From: Eledone cirrhosa
Taxonomy: Eukaryota
Direction of reading: 5' to 3'
DNA length: 64,000 nucleotides
NCBI GenBank assembly: GCA_964016885.1
Contig: OZ024742.1
Coordinates: forward strand, 332,382,001-332,446,000
A program made the position numbers and the translations under genes. Position 1 is the first letter of the stretch; each line of letters begins with the position of its first letter. A model generated the notes under the pieces. It had not been told where the DNA came from. It saw nothing but the letters and a program-made list of their open reading frames with translations, and searched no databases. Shown here one piece after another: positions 28,901 to 43,234 of the stretch.

Positions 28901-29434
28901 GGACCAATGGACAACTTCCAGAAGTCACTAGCCTGGCAGTGCTACCGGGGGCTCTATCCGTTCGAGAAATGCTCTACAGACACGGGCGCCCGGGCAGGGA
29001 TCCCTCGAAAAAGGATTTGCCCTAGATGCGTGCGTCACGAAGAAACCATTGCGCACGCATTGGTGCAATGTCCGGGCGTGGCTGATCTGTGGGGCTACGA
29101 CGAACGACTGCTGTCGCGGGTGGCGCCGATTCGATTGACCGCCGAGTCCGTGATGATAATCAAGCCGCCTCCCCTCTTCACAAAGGAAGCAAAGGCGGTT
29201 TTTCTGTGCGTAATAGCCATGTTGAAAGAGGTTGTTTGGTGAACACGATTGAAAGGTCTGAGGTCAGGCAACTTCCTCTCTGGCCATAGTCTGGTCTACT
29301 TCTTCCGATATCGCTTCGGAAGAAGGATAAGAATGGAGGGAGAGGTGCTTGGCCACAGGCAGTTTTATGAAATGTGGGTGATAGTGGCAAGAATAGCTCA
29401 GGTAAATGGGCCTTCTCTGTATACCATCCTGTAG
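26000..29434 (+). pseudogene. LINE ORF2 (AP endonuclease + RT + C-terminal Zn finger), disrupted
   Basis: GCLNARGL, ICET, YTDHK, GPGYWKLN, KSPGLDG, FRPITLLNTELKILAK, LDQSKAFDRVDH, IRQGCPLS, AYADD, CPRC..EETIAHALVQC. Confidence 0.92.
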
Positions 29435-29755
29435 GTAAAGAAGTGAAGGAGAGGGGAGCACCTTCTCCATGTGCTCCCCGGGCAAAGGATTGCACACTTT
29501 TTCGGGGGTGTGTGCAACCCCCATCACGTCCCCTCCCTTTTGAGGTTGTTTTCGATTATTTCATTTTATACCCTTTTTACTCGGTTTTATGTAAACTCCC
29601 CCTTTGTATTTGTCCCTTATTTGTATGCCTTTATGGTAAATAAAGAAATATATATTTATATATATACCGGTAAATAAAGAAATATATAATATATATATAT
29701 ATAATTATATAATATATAATATATACATATATATATAACAGATATATAACATATA

Positions 29756-29835
<80 letters not shown>

Positions 29836-29984
29836 AGTAGTAACACAACAGTTAGTTCTCCATACCGAGGATTGGCTGAAGGAATAATGCCAAATCTGTG
29901 AATTCTTGTATGCATTTATTTCACCTCTTGTTATTAATAGCTACATTGATTGCTCCCAGGAAAATATATATCGGCCTGTTCAAA

Positions 29985-30650
29985 GAAGATTTCAAAGGCA
30001 ACAAGTAGCGATTTCTTTTGGCAATCGACAAAATTTGGCATCGTGTTGTTATGAAGTACCTGAAGAAAAAGGGTTCAGCCCCAAAGGACATTCATGCTGA
30101 GATGATTGCTATATTAAGGGATGACGTTCCAGCTTTAACAACAATGTACAAGTGGACAGCTGAATTTGGGCGTGGATGGAAAAATCTTGAAGATAACCCT
30201 GCAACTATCATGTTGGTCACACGTCCTGAAAATTGAACAATTCGTAATCCAGGATGAGTTTCGGATTCATCAGGTTGAACGAGTGAAAACTACACTTTCC
30301 ATGCTGTGGACACACACATCCTCACCTCCTCTAAAACGGCCATGGTCCATACATCTGCAGGGATGATGATCGCTTCATTTATGGGGGATGAGAAAGTCAT
30401 TGTTTATTGGCTATGTTCAAAAGGGAAACACCGCCGATAGAAAGTACTGTGCCAACTTACTGAAGCAGTTACTAAAGACCTGCTCCAGCATACATTCTCT
30501 GATAGCAATGGCTGCTATGCGTGACTGTGGCTTTAAAATAATTGATCACCTTCTTCCCTATCCTCTTCATTTGGCCCTATCTGACTATCATATGTTCCGC
30601 AACTGGGAACCAGTAACTCAGTGATGATTACGTCATAGCTGCTTTGATGA
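29985..30650 (+). pseudogene. mariner (Tc1/mariner DD34D) transposase remnant
   Basis: N-terminal HTH-like segment HRVVMKYLKKKG.APKDIH..YKWTAEF.RG..LED.P; KGNT...YCANLL; YPLHLALSDYHMF (degenerate YSPDLAPSDY). Confidence 0.8.
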
Positions 30651-30662
30651 CATTATATATAT

Positions 30663-31115
30663 GGTCGATAAAATAAAGTACCAGTAATGCACTGGGTAAT
30701 TGCTGGCCTTGTGCCTAAAGTAGAAACAATTATATATATGGTTATATGGTGGATTGGCAGTATCGGTAGAGGGTCGGACGCCATGCTTTCCAGCATAGTT
30801 ACGTCCCATTGCGATCTGAGTTCAAATCCCGCCGAGGTTGACTTTGCCTTTCATCCTTACGGGGTCGATAAAATAAAGTACCACTAATGCACTGGGTAAT
30901 TGCAGGCCTTGTGCCTAAAGTAGAAACAATTATTAGGGCGGTGGATTGGCAGAGTTGGTAGAGGGTTGGACATGCTTTCCAGCATAGTTACGTCCCTTTA
31001 CAATCTGAGTTCAAATCCCGCCAAGGTTAACTTGCCTTTCATCCTTACGAGGTCGATAAAATAAAGTACCAGTAATGTACTGGGTAATTGCTGGCCTTGT
31101 GCCTAAAGTAGAAAC

Positions 31116-31116
<1 letters not shown>
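30663..31116 (+). mobile_element. Head-to-tail cluster of OK-like SINEs (3' fragment + 2 full copies)
   Basis: 30663-30728, 30748-30927 and 30937-31116 each match the SINE at 5505. Confidence 0.85.
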
Positions 31117-31178
<62 letters not shown>

Positions 31179-31181
<3 letters not shown>

Positions 31182-32780
31182 GTGGAACGCTGGAAGGTAA
31201 TATCCGTAGTGGTAGAGCACTCAGTCCCAGGGACGAGTTAGATAGAAGTGGTTACACAACAGTTAGTTCACCATACCGAGAACAATTGTTTCACCTTCGC
31301 GGATCTTCAACTCGGGATGTATATGGTTATAGGAACAGGAAGGACAACTGTACAAACGCGCATGCGGAGAAACTCGGTCACTTCACGCAGGCAATAGTAG
31401 ACTGCGTGCGAGAGTGGTGTAAGGGAGATAACTGCGAAAGTCCGGAAAGTTTTTTGGTTAAAAATAAAATTAAAAAAATTAAATATAAAATTACAAAGAA
31501 TCAGTCTTGTAGTTATGTAATAGATGTTTGGTGGCGTGTGGACAGCGTGTGAAAAATTCACTTCTCGTGTTTAGGCAATCACTATTGCGTAATCTCTTTA
31601 GGATAGTTATTCGTTCGTCAATACATAAGCCACACGTCGGTTTTCCCCTTGCGTATGGCTTGGACTTAGTGATGGCTTTCCATTGAATGGAGTACCCTAT
31701 GCTTGAGTCTTTGAGGGACCATACGTGGCTCACGAGCTTCGTGGATGAACATCTGTCCGGGTATCTGAAGGTAGACTGGAGGTTCAGGAAACGCTCCTTG
31801 AATCGGCCCTCCGCCATGCCCACATAGGATTTGACCTCCTGTGGTTTGTTTGGTCGGTCGGAAGTGACCAAAGCTTCATAGATTACAGCTGGTGTGTTGC
31901 ATTGTTGTTGAATGGGGAAAGCGTCAGGCTTACGGCAAGAGCACCCTGGTGGGGTGTTGCTCCTAGGGCTACTGGCGATGTGGGCCTTCATGTTCTTAGC
32001 GCAGGAGTATCCTAGTTTAACTTTGTGTCGCTAGGACATGAAGGCCCACATCACCAGCAGCCCTAGGAGCGACACCCCATCAGGGTGCTCTTGCCGTAAG
32101 CCTGAAGTTTGCCCCTTCAACAACAATGCAACACACCAGCTGTAATCTATGAAGCTGTGGTCACTTCCAAGCGGCCAAACGAAACACAGGAGGTCAAATC
32201 CTATGTGGGCATGGCGGAGGGCCGATTGAAGGAGCGTTTCCTGAACCACCAGTCTACCTTCAGATACCCGAACAGACGTTCATCCACGAAACTCGCGAGC
32301 CACGTATGGTCCCTCAAGGACTCAAGTATAGGGTACTCCATTCAATGGAAAGCCATCACTAAGTCAAAGCCATACGCAAGGGGAAATCCGACGTGTGGCT
32401 TATGTATTGACGAACGAATCACTATCCTAAAGAGATTACGCAATAGTGATTGCCTATACACGAGAAGTGAACTTTTCACGTGTTGTCCACACTTCACCAA
32501 ACATCTATTACATAACTACAAGGCTCCGGACTGATTCTTTGTAATTTTATCTTTAATTTTATTTTCAACCAAAAAACTTTCCCGACTTTCGCAGTTATCT
32601 CCGTTACACCCCCCGCACGCAGTCTACTATTGCCTGCGTGAAGTGACCTAGTTTATGCGCATGCGCATTCGTACGTTTGCCCTTCCTGTTCCTATAACCA
32701 TATACATCCCGAGCTGAAGATCCGCGAAGGTGAAACAATTGTTCTCGGTATGGTGAACTAACTGTTGTGTAACCACTTCT
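31179..32780 (-). mobile_element. Hydra-like PLE 3' end folded back into a ~1.5 kb palindrome (family I); two GIY-YIG copies
   Basis: 31243-32000 is inverted to 32030-32780; tail 31179-31242. ORFs 31491-31991(-) and 32109-32534(+) contain CSCRKP, VIYEA..YVGMAEG, CGLC, CPH. Confidence 0.9.
32709..32748 (+). ncRNA. Minimal type I hammerhead ribozyme, family I
   Basis: CCGAG-CTGAAGA-t CC gcgaa GG t-GAAA-CAATTG-TT-CTCGG. Confidence 0.85.
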
Positions 32781-33534
32781 ATATATAAATATATATATAT
32801 ATAATATGTTTATATATGCGTGTATTGTTTTGTGTTTATGACGACATATAAAGATATAATACTTTTATATGCAATAAACATGTATATATATATATGTGTG
32901 TGTGTGTTTGTGGATGTGCGTTCATTTACGATTTGTTCTTGTTTCACGACATATGAGAATTTTAACTCTTTTTCTTTAATTCCTGGCAGGATTACATTAG
33001 ACATGCAGTTGGTGGTGATTTCTCTCTGATTCACTTGTCAGTGAGTCTGTATGGAAGTGAAATATCTAATGGAGTTTTCATCAGAAAACATTTTTACTGT
33101 AATTATGAAATGTCTCTTTACATTTAGCTAGTTTACTTACTGTAAAGAAGTAATTACGTAAGTGGAAATAGCCTTATTTGATAGTTCTACAAAGCATTAT
33201 TGGATTTGTGAATATGGAGAGTGATTTGATGCATAGATGCAACGGAATTATTATTGCAGTATATTGATTTTGTCTTTCTTTTCATTCAATTTATTTTACA
33301 TTTGAAATCCATTTCGACTTCTGGTTATTAATACAGTATTTTGGATATTTTGTTCAGTATCTATTCCGTAATTCAGTGATTCTCGTGTGGGGAGGGGGCA
33401 GATGGTTTCCTGAAACAAAATTCCAAATTCCAGTGGAGTAATTTTAGCCATGGTTGGAATCAGGAAGAATTCAATACGATAAGAATAGTCTATGTTGTGT
33501 ATCCATCAAATGAATTACCAATATAAGCAGATTT

Positions 33535-33680
33535 GCAGTATCCTTAGAAAGAGGCCATGCTTTGCAGCATAGTTACGACCCTTTATGGTCTGAGTTCAAA
33601 TCATTCCGAGCTTAAAGTTGCCTTACGGTGTCGACAAAATAAAGTACCAGTAAAATGTGATGATTTCTGGCCTTGTGCGT
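33535..33680 (+). mobile_element. OK-like SINE, degenerate
   Basis: CATGCTTTGCAGCATAGTTACG..GAGTTCAAAT..AAATAAAGTACCAG. Confidence 0.7.
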
Positions 33681-33710
33681 CATAAACACAAAACAATACA
33701 CGCATATTTA

Positions 33711-33793
<83 letters not shown>

Positions 33794-34273
33794 GTGGTTA
33801 CACAACAGTTAGTTCACCATACCGAGAACAATTGTTTCACCTTCTGGCCTTGTGCTATATAACCAACTAGAATTTCAATCACGTATTTACAGTTCTTTAA
33901 GATCGATGCAACTGGCTCTAGTGCACGAGGGACACATGAAGTTATATCTATATAAATACTAATTAAGATATAATTAGCACGTTCATTTTTAGAATAATTG
34001 TAAGGGCGAATAGACATAATATACCCATCATATACATGTTTCCTTATGCTTGATTTGATGATATACAAATCTCCTGATGAAGATTCAATTAGATACGGAA
34101 ACAGATTAAATATATTTATCTTTTTTTTTCAATGTACAGGGGAAATTGTATGTTCTGGTCTATTTAGTAGATATATTAACACGTTGGTGCAGTCTCTATT
34201 AGACACACTGTATTATATAGAGATATAACATTATCATACACTTCGGCTTCTGGTGTAGTTCTCAGTATGTACA

Positions 34274-34677
<404 letters not shown>

Positions 34678-34681
<4 letters not shown>

Positions 34682-35023
34682 AAAGAACACAAGAGCGTCT
34701 ACAACATCAACAGATTTTTATTGGCTTACAATGTTTCTTCCTTACGTAACCGTAGGATTCGTCAGAGCTATAAAAGGGGTTTGATTGGTGTTATAGACTC
34801 TACCAACCAAACATTCAAGAACAAAGAGTAAAGAGAGTAAAGAGCAAAATTAGGGGACGATAAGTCTAATTTTGGTGCGGGAGGGTGGGGTGTGGGTCCT
34901 TGTTTACTAGCTGCGGTCATATTCATTCCCGGGAGTAGAGTGGTTAGCTGAACCATAGATATGGTGGCGTCGATAGTAGGGTGCAGAGGGTGTGCAGAGG
35001 CTACACAAACACAAAGGGCATAC
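34678..35023 (-). mobile_element. Family G copy with HHR
   Basis: Reverse complement of 3382-3718. Confidence 0.85.
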
Positions 35024-35107
35024 AATATGTATATATATATAACGGAGGGCATACAATATATATATATAACGGAGGGCATACAATATATATATATATATAT
35101 ATATATA

Positions 35108-35299
35108 GGAACGAGTAGGACCCCGACGGCTGTGCTCAAGCTGTTTCGACGGCTAATTCTGTCCAGAATTAGCCGTCGAAACGGCTTGAGCTCAGCCGTC
35201 GGGGTCCTACTCATTCCTATTACCCACTCTATTACCCTCAGTATTGAGTACTTTGGTGCGTTATGGTCAACCTGGTTCTTTACCACATTTCCTTCGTTA
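35108..35299 (+). mobile_element. Family D hairpin + tail
   Basis: ~110 bp palindrome centred on GACGGCTAATTCTG tc CAGAATTAGCCGTC, then a tail. Confidence 0.85.
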
Positions 35300-35400
35300 T
35301 ATATATATATAATAAATATATATATAACAAAAATATATTTATATATATATATATATAATATATATATATAATATATATATATAATATATATATATATAAT

Positions 35401-35639
<239 letters not shown>

Positions 35640-35722
35640 TATATATATAATATATATATATAATATAAGTACAATATATATAATATATATAATATATATA
35701 TAATATATATAATATATATATA

Positions 35723-35808
<86 letters not shown>

Positions 35809-35813
<5 letters not shown>

Positions 35814-36415
35814 AACAAGGGGAGAAGAATACTGCATGGTTGCACATGGATTACATATTATAAAATTAGTAACTCATCAGTGATTTGCCAACCATCATTG
35901 GTATTTCATCGCATTAAAAATCAGATACCTCAGGTTGGTGCGAGCAATAACTAAAATAAGCTATTGGGTCAAGTGCAACGCGTAAAGCGAGTGAGACAAG
36001 TAAAAAACAGAAGGAAAAGCAAACCGAAGGTTGGAAAACAGCAAGCCACATGATAGTTATCCGATCACCATAAGCTGGGTGAATTTCATGAGCGGTCAGA
36101 GAAGCAGACCGTACGCCGTGAATGCGGTGTGAGAAAGAAGGAACCCCACTACTAGCGAACGGGAGGAAGTGAGAAGGGGAAAAACAGAGAGTGAGTGAGT
36201 GGAAGTGCGAGGAAGAGGTCAGTCGAGAGAAACACAGTAACTGACAGAGAGGGCGAAAGAAGATAAGAGAAACAGAGAGAACGGGGGAGCAGTAAGAGAG
36301 AAAGAGAGAAACAGATAATCGCAGTTTAGGTAAATATATATGAAAAACAAGGGGAGAAGAATACTGCATGGTTGCACATGGATTACGTATTATAAAATTA
36401 GTCACTCATCAGTGA
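35809..36415 (-). mobile_element. Non-coding element with 75 bp direct terminal repeats, family L
   Basis: 35809-35883 repeats at 36341-36415; (TA)n flanks; hammerhead-like fold at about 35888-35938 (minus). Confidence 0.7.
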
Positions 36416-36424
36416 TATATATAT

Positions 36425-36614
36425 AACGAAGGAAATGTGGTAAGGAACCAGCTGGTCCATAACGCACCAAAGTACTCAATACTTAGGGTAGTAGAGTGGG
36501 TAATAGGAACGAGTAGGACCACGACGGCTGAGCTCAAGCCGTTTCGACGGCTAATTCTGGACCAGGATTAGCCGTCGAAACGGCTTGAGCTCAGCCGTCG
36601 GGGTCCTACTCGTT

Positions 36615-36617
<3 letters not shown>
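36425..36617 (-). mobile_element. Family D hairpin + tail
   Basis: Reverse complement of 35108-35299. Confidence 0.85.
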
Positions 36618-36656
<39 letters not shown>

Positions 36657-36704
36657 CTTTGAGCCCTCTTCGGATTTCAGTCTTCACCTTTATTATTATT
36701 ACAA

Positions 36705-36769
<65 letters not shown>

Positions 36770-36796
36770 AGAGAGAGAGAGAGAGAGAGGGGGAGA

Positions 36797-36848
<52 letters not shown>

Positions 36849-36944
36849 TTGACTCAAACATACATATAAATATATACATACGGACGCATTTGTATGAATC
36901 TCTAGTCACATGCCTGCGTACATGCATACACACATACATACATG

Positions 36945-37560
36945 GAATGTTCCAGTAAAAACCCCAGTAAAATGCAGGCATAACAGACCAAATATTATGA
37001 TATGGGACAGGGAGAAGAAAGCATGCACAGTAGTGGAAATTAGCTGCCCAGCAGATGCCAATATATTATCAAAGATTAGCGAAAAGGAGAATATTTATGC
37101 AGAACTGATGAGAAATCTGCAGATACTCCACCTTGATTACACCTTCAGATTTATGCCTGTGATTATTGGGGAACGGGGGTATGTTACAAATCTTGAGAAG
37201 CTAGGCTTCACAAATCTTGAGAAGCTAGGCTTCACAGGAACAGAAAGAACACAACTGGTTAGGAAATTACAAGTACAATCCATTAATGGAACAGTAAAAA
37301 TATGTAAAACATTCCAAATATGTTGCATCTAATAACTTCACATACACATGTACAGATGCAAAGCATATACACATGCACACATACAACTCAAAACATCCAC
37401 ATCCACTCATACAATAACATCCATATCTACACATGCATGCATACATAGTCTACCTAGTTGATGTGTGTAAATTCCAATTAGAGAGGCTTGTGTCTATGTT
37501 AGAAACCGACTCACCCTATCTAGTGGTAAAACTTTGTGAAATTATAAAACCAGAAGAACA
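36945..37560 (+). mobile_element. 3' fragment of an R4/Dong-like non-LTR element (restriction-like endonuclease)
   Basis: WNVPVKT..CRHNRPNIMIWD.EKK.C.VVEISCPAD.N...EKENIYAEL..MPVIIG.RG is an REL PD-(D/E)xK-type C-terminus; stop at 37332, then 3'UTR. Confidence 0.8.
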
Positions 37561-37759
37561 TACATACATTCATAAATACAATGAGACTGACAACATATTC
37601 ATGTCGACCTATCTATGCATTTAATTATCCATCTATTTTACTCTCCCACTCCATATGAAAGGACTTAACATATACTTTTGGACACATAGACACACAACAT
37701 ACACACACGCTCACATATGCTGGGGGGTTTCGTCAGTTTCGACAATGATTGCTCTGTCT

Positions 37760-38017
37760 TTTCGAAAAAGTAATAACTTGATCGTGAATTTAACGAGCAA
37801 GTTTCTCTGCATTTGACAGACACGTGCAGTTTAATCAGGAGATTTCGTGTGACGTTGTCTTTGACAAAGCTGAGTTTTAGAAACTAAGGTACAACACGTT
37901 TCCGCCAGCTGATTGGATCAGAGAACCATTGAAGGACGTAATGCATGGCCGAGAATCGAACACATGGCCTTACGATCATGAGCCAATCACTCTAAGCAGT
38001 AAACTATGCATCTTCAC
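37760..38017 (-). mobile_element. Degenerate CORE-type SINE
   Basis: Inverted B-box (GAATCGAAC) with downstream similarity to 46950-47030 and 50095-50200. Confidence 0.45.
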
Positions 38018-38798
38018 TAGAAAAGCATATATGCTTATGGAAACATACACAAAGATATACATTCCCACATATATAGACATGTATGATAATCATAGTCATA
38101 TTCATACTTTCTACATATCAATGAATTTATCTACTAATCTATTTTATCTTCTCTCCTTGTATATGCAAGAGAACCAGGACAAAATACGTACTGATACACA
38201 GGGACACACAAACGCACACACAAGCACAACAACAGAGCCACACGCGCGCATATAGTGACACACACACACACAGAACAACACACACACACTCATACTCACA
38301 GAGACTGATTGATACTAGTAAAAAAGGTGGAGAAATATACATACATACATACACACATACATATATACATACATGCATACATATATGGAGTGTATTCAGA
38401 GTGTATACATGGAGTGTATTCAGAGTCATATACTGTATGTTATCTGGGGTAATGATAATGAAAGTGATCTCGTTGTCACAGTTGAGCGACAAACATTTCA
38501 TTTTCTGAACATCTGTAGTATTATAGCGACTCTCATATATCATGCAATATATTTATATCTACACCCTATACATAGCCGTATCAGACACCCGTGGCTAAAG
38601 GATATATCACAGCCGGCATAGATATGTCCTGCTGATAAGTTGTTAGCAATAGGATACACAAATATATACCTTTATACGCATGCAGTAGCAACACAAACCG
38701 TCTGTGTACGCCTCAGTGATGCAAACTTTACGTGGTCAATCTACCCGCTAGAAATAATCAAATTATTGAACACGACTTATGAAAAAAAGTGTGTGCGT

Positions 38799-38834
<36 letters not shown>

Positions 38835-38837
<3 letters not shown>

Positions 38838-39031
38838 ATTCCGGGTTGAATCAGAGGTAACCACAGTAAGTAAGCTACTCAATACATTGCAGAGTATAAA
38901 AGTTTTAATATAGATGAGATTCTACAGGACTAGAACTCTTTCATTCTTTAGAAATCATCAGGAATCACTGAGATTTCTGATGATTTCAATGAAACAGTTC
39001 TAGTCCTGTAGAATCTCATCTATATTAAAAC
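38835..39031 (-). mobile_element. Family E hairpin + tail
   Basis: Reverse complement of 22090-22284 with a slightly different centre. Confidence 0.85.
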
Positions 39032-39037
39032 TATATA

Positions 39038-39173
<136 letters not shown>

Positions 39174-39212
39174 AAATAAGATTTCGCTTATAAATATATA
39201 TATATATATATA

Positions 39213-39507
39213 TTTATTAAAATAACAGATTAAAGTTTAAGCAAAGATTCGCTGCTTTCACCCTTAACGGGATCATCTTCCAGTCTTCCTCCGGTTGCAA
39301 CGTTTTTTGAAATATCCACGTCTGCGTTTACAGATTGACTTTGTTAGTTTCAGAAGATCCCGTTAAGGGTGAAAGCAGCGATTCTTTGCTTAAACTTTAA
39401 TCTGTTATTTTAATAAATATTTGTTCTACGGTTCTTATATATTTGATATATATTTATCCTTATCGAGCCCTCTCTGGATTTTAGTCTTCAAATTTATTAT
39501 TATTACT
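39213..39507 (+). mobile_element. Family A insertion; variant HHR at about 39346-39396
   Basis: AGTTT-CAGAAGA-t CCC gttaa GGG t-GAAA-GCA gcgattctt TGC-TT-AAACT; inverted arm 39213-39274. Confidence 0.8.
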
Positions 39508-40120
39508 ATATATATATATATATTTGTCGGATCGCTCTCGAGCACAACTGGTAATATGTGACAACTTGATGCATAGTCGATACTAAACCAGCACTTCCAC
39601 CAAGCTTGTGCCTATGTATATACATACCCAACTCTTTGCCCATGGTGATGAGCAGGGAGGTGAACCTAGGCCAAGAACACCAGAAGTCTCCTTTGCCACG
39701 AGCTCGACCGCAAACCTTTCGGAGAAACACAGTCCATTTCTGCTTTTGTCGTTTTAAGACAAGCTCTGTCAATTTTGCTAAATAATTTCCAGCATAGGCT
39801 GGAATTATTAGCTGGAATTATTAGTTGGCTGGGTGATGTAGAATATTTTATCAACCACAATAATTAATTACTGCTTAGTTTATAGACCCCCCTCCCCCAC
39901 TCGCTTGAAAGATGAAAGGCAAAAGCATTTCAAGAAGGTGTGAATTTTAAAATAAAGTGACAACTAAATACCGTGACGTACTGGCTCTGTAATGATTTCT
40001 CGAATATAAAATGCATCCTCTTTCCTATTCTAACTTGCTCGCTCTCACATTCAATATTTCCTTCACTCCTCCTCTATTACATTGGCTTCCTCCCATTCTC
40101 TTCACCCATTCCTTTTCATC

Positions 40121-40623
<503 letters not shown>

Positions 40624-40625
40624 AT

Positions 40626-41501
<876 letters not shown>

Positions 41502-41567
41502 CAGAAAGACAGGAAAAGATAGATAGATAGATATAGAGAGGGGAGAGAGACAATCACACCCTCTCTC

Positions 41568-41644
<77 letters not shown>

Positions 41645-41849
41645 ATGTCAAAACACATAAACATTGTCATATGTCTATGGTATCAACATTCATAAATTTT
41701 ATAACTAAAATAGTAAAAAAAGAATAAATATAAAATTATTCATACGTAACCGTTACAATTCCTCCCATGAAATTAAATATATTTTAAAATAAAAGAAGAA
41801 ATACATAAAATAATTAAATAAATAAAACGCACTAATAAATAAAATAATT

Positions 41850-42020
41850 GTTTCTAATTTTGCCACAAGGCCAGCAACTGCCAGTGCATTACTGGTACTT
41901 TATTTTATCCACCCCGTAAGGATGAAAGGCAAAGTCAACCCCGGCGGGATTTGAACTAAGATCGTTAAGGGACGTAACTATGCTGGAAAAGCATGTCTGA
42001 CCCTCTACCGATACTGCCAA
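41850..42020 (-). mobile_element. OK-like SINE
   Basis: Reverse complement of the 5505 SINE. Confidence 0.85.
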
Positions 42021-43234
42021 CCCTATTTAAGTTAGATATCTCTTAAATTCAATACTAAGTGTTTCATGACGTCTTGATTACAGGCAGCATAAAATTACCG
42101 AAAACTCGTGGATAGATATGACAGATCTTAAGTGTTGAAGGCTAGGGGTCATTTGCAGATTTCGTGGTTGGTCGGTTACTGGATATCTCTAGAGTAAAGT
42201 TGTAAATTTGATGGAGGCGGAGTTCAAAAAGATTAGTACAGATATAAAATTATGATGCGCTCTCATGTGACATACTGCACAGTTTGATGCCGTTTATGTC
42301 TAACTACTTTAGTATCAGGTGGCGAAGTGCCAGAATCGTTAGAACACCCGAATGTACGTTTTGCAATATTTCGAATTCCATGTGTTTTCATTAGGGTTTG
42401 TGGGGTTTGTTTATTATTCATTCCGAACGAATATATTATAAGAATTATCCGAAACAGACGATTTTTCTATATCTCTTTTTGATTTCATTAATACACTCTA
42501 TTTTCTCTGGAAAAAAGTTGCTGTTTTAACCTGGAGAAGAGTAAGCTCCACCAGATTTATATGTCCAGTGCATGCCATATTTCAGAACGGCGCCCCTACA
42601 ACTCCAGTAGGAGTTACATTCCTATGCAAAGTATGGAATGACGTTAATGTACATTTATTTCATTCTACTTTCCCTTTCCCATCCTTAGTTTCTAGGGAAA
42701 TGTGTCTTCTCAATTATTTACCCGGGTTTTATTTATTAAACTGATGCGATGCCGGTGTATCTTGCGTTTGAATAAGTATATATACAGAATAAGTAAATAC
42801 AGAATCCAATGGGAAAGAGAGAGTGAAGGTAAGAAAAAGAGAGAAAAACCGATTGAGCGAAGTCCATAGTAATGTTGTTCGTGACGACGTGACAATTCAA
42901 TGCATGTTAAAATGTTTTGTTAATCATAATTATAATTGTTTAATTCCCTGGATTAACCGACAGTTCACATTAACAAAACAACAACTCTCCATGTTAAGGC
43001 TTTTTAAACGCATATAATTCTATCCTTACCCACAACGATCTCCCGATTACAATAATGACCGACAATAATAGGTTTTTTAACTCTTAAATTACATAGATGC
43101 GTACACAAAGAATGGTTTCTTTATTCGCCACAAGGGCTAATAGGTAACAAATAATATATGTATTGGCCACAAGCGCTGAAACATGTACGACAATACAAAA
43201 ACAGGGACATTGGGCTTTACAAAAACTGTACCCG

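Larger units (their letters stand above)
23835..29648 (+). mobile_element. Tx1/L1-clade non-LTR retrotransposon, near full length, degenerate
   Basis: ORF1 with zinc knuckle, ORF2 with APE-RT-CCHC, 3' AATAAA then (TA)n. The 5' boundary is approximate. Confidence 0.9.
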
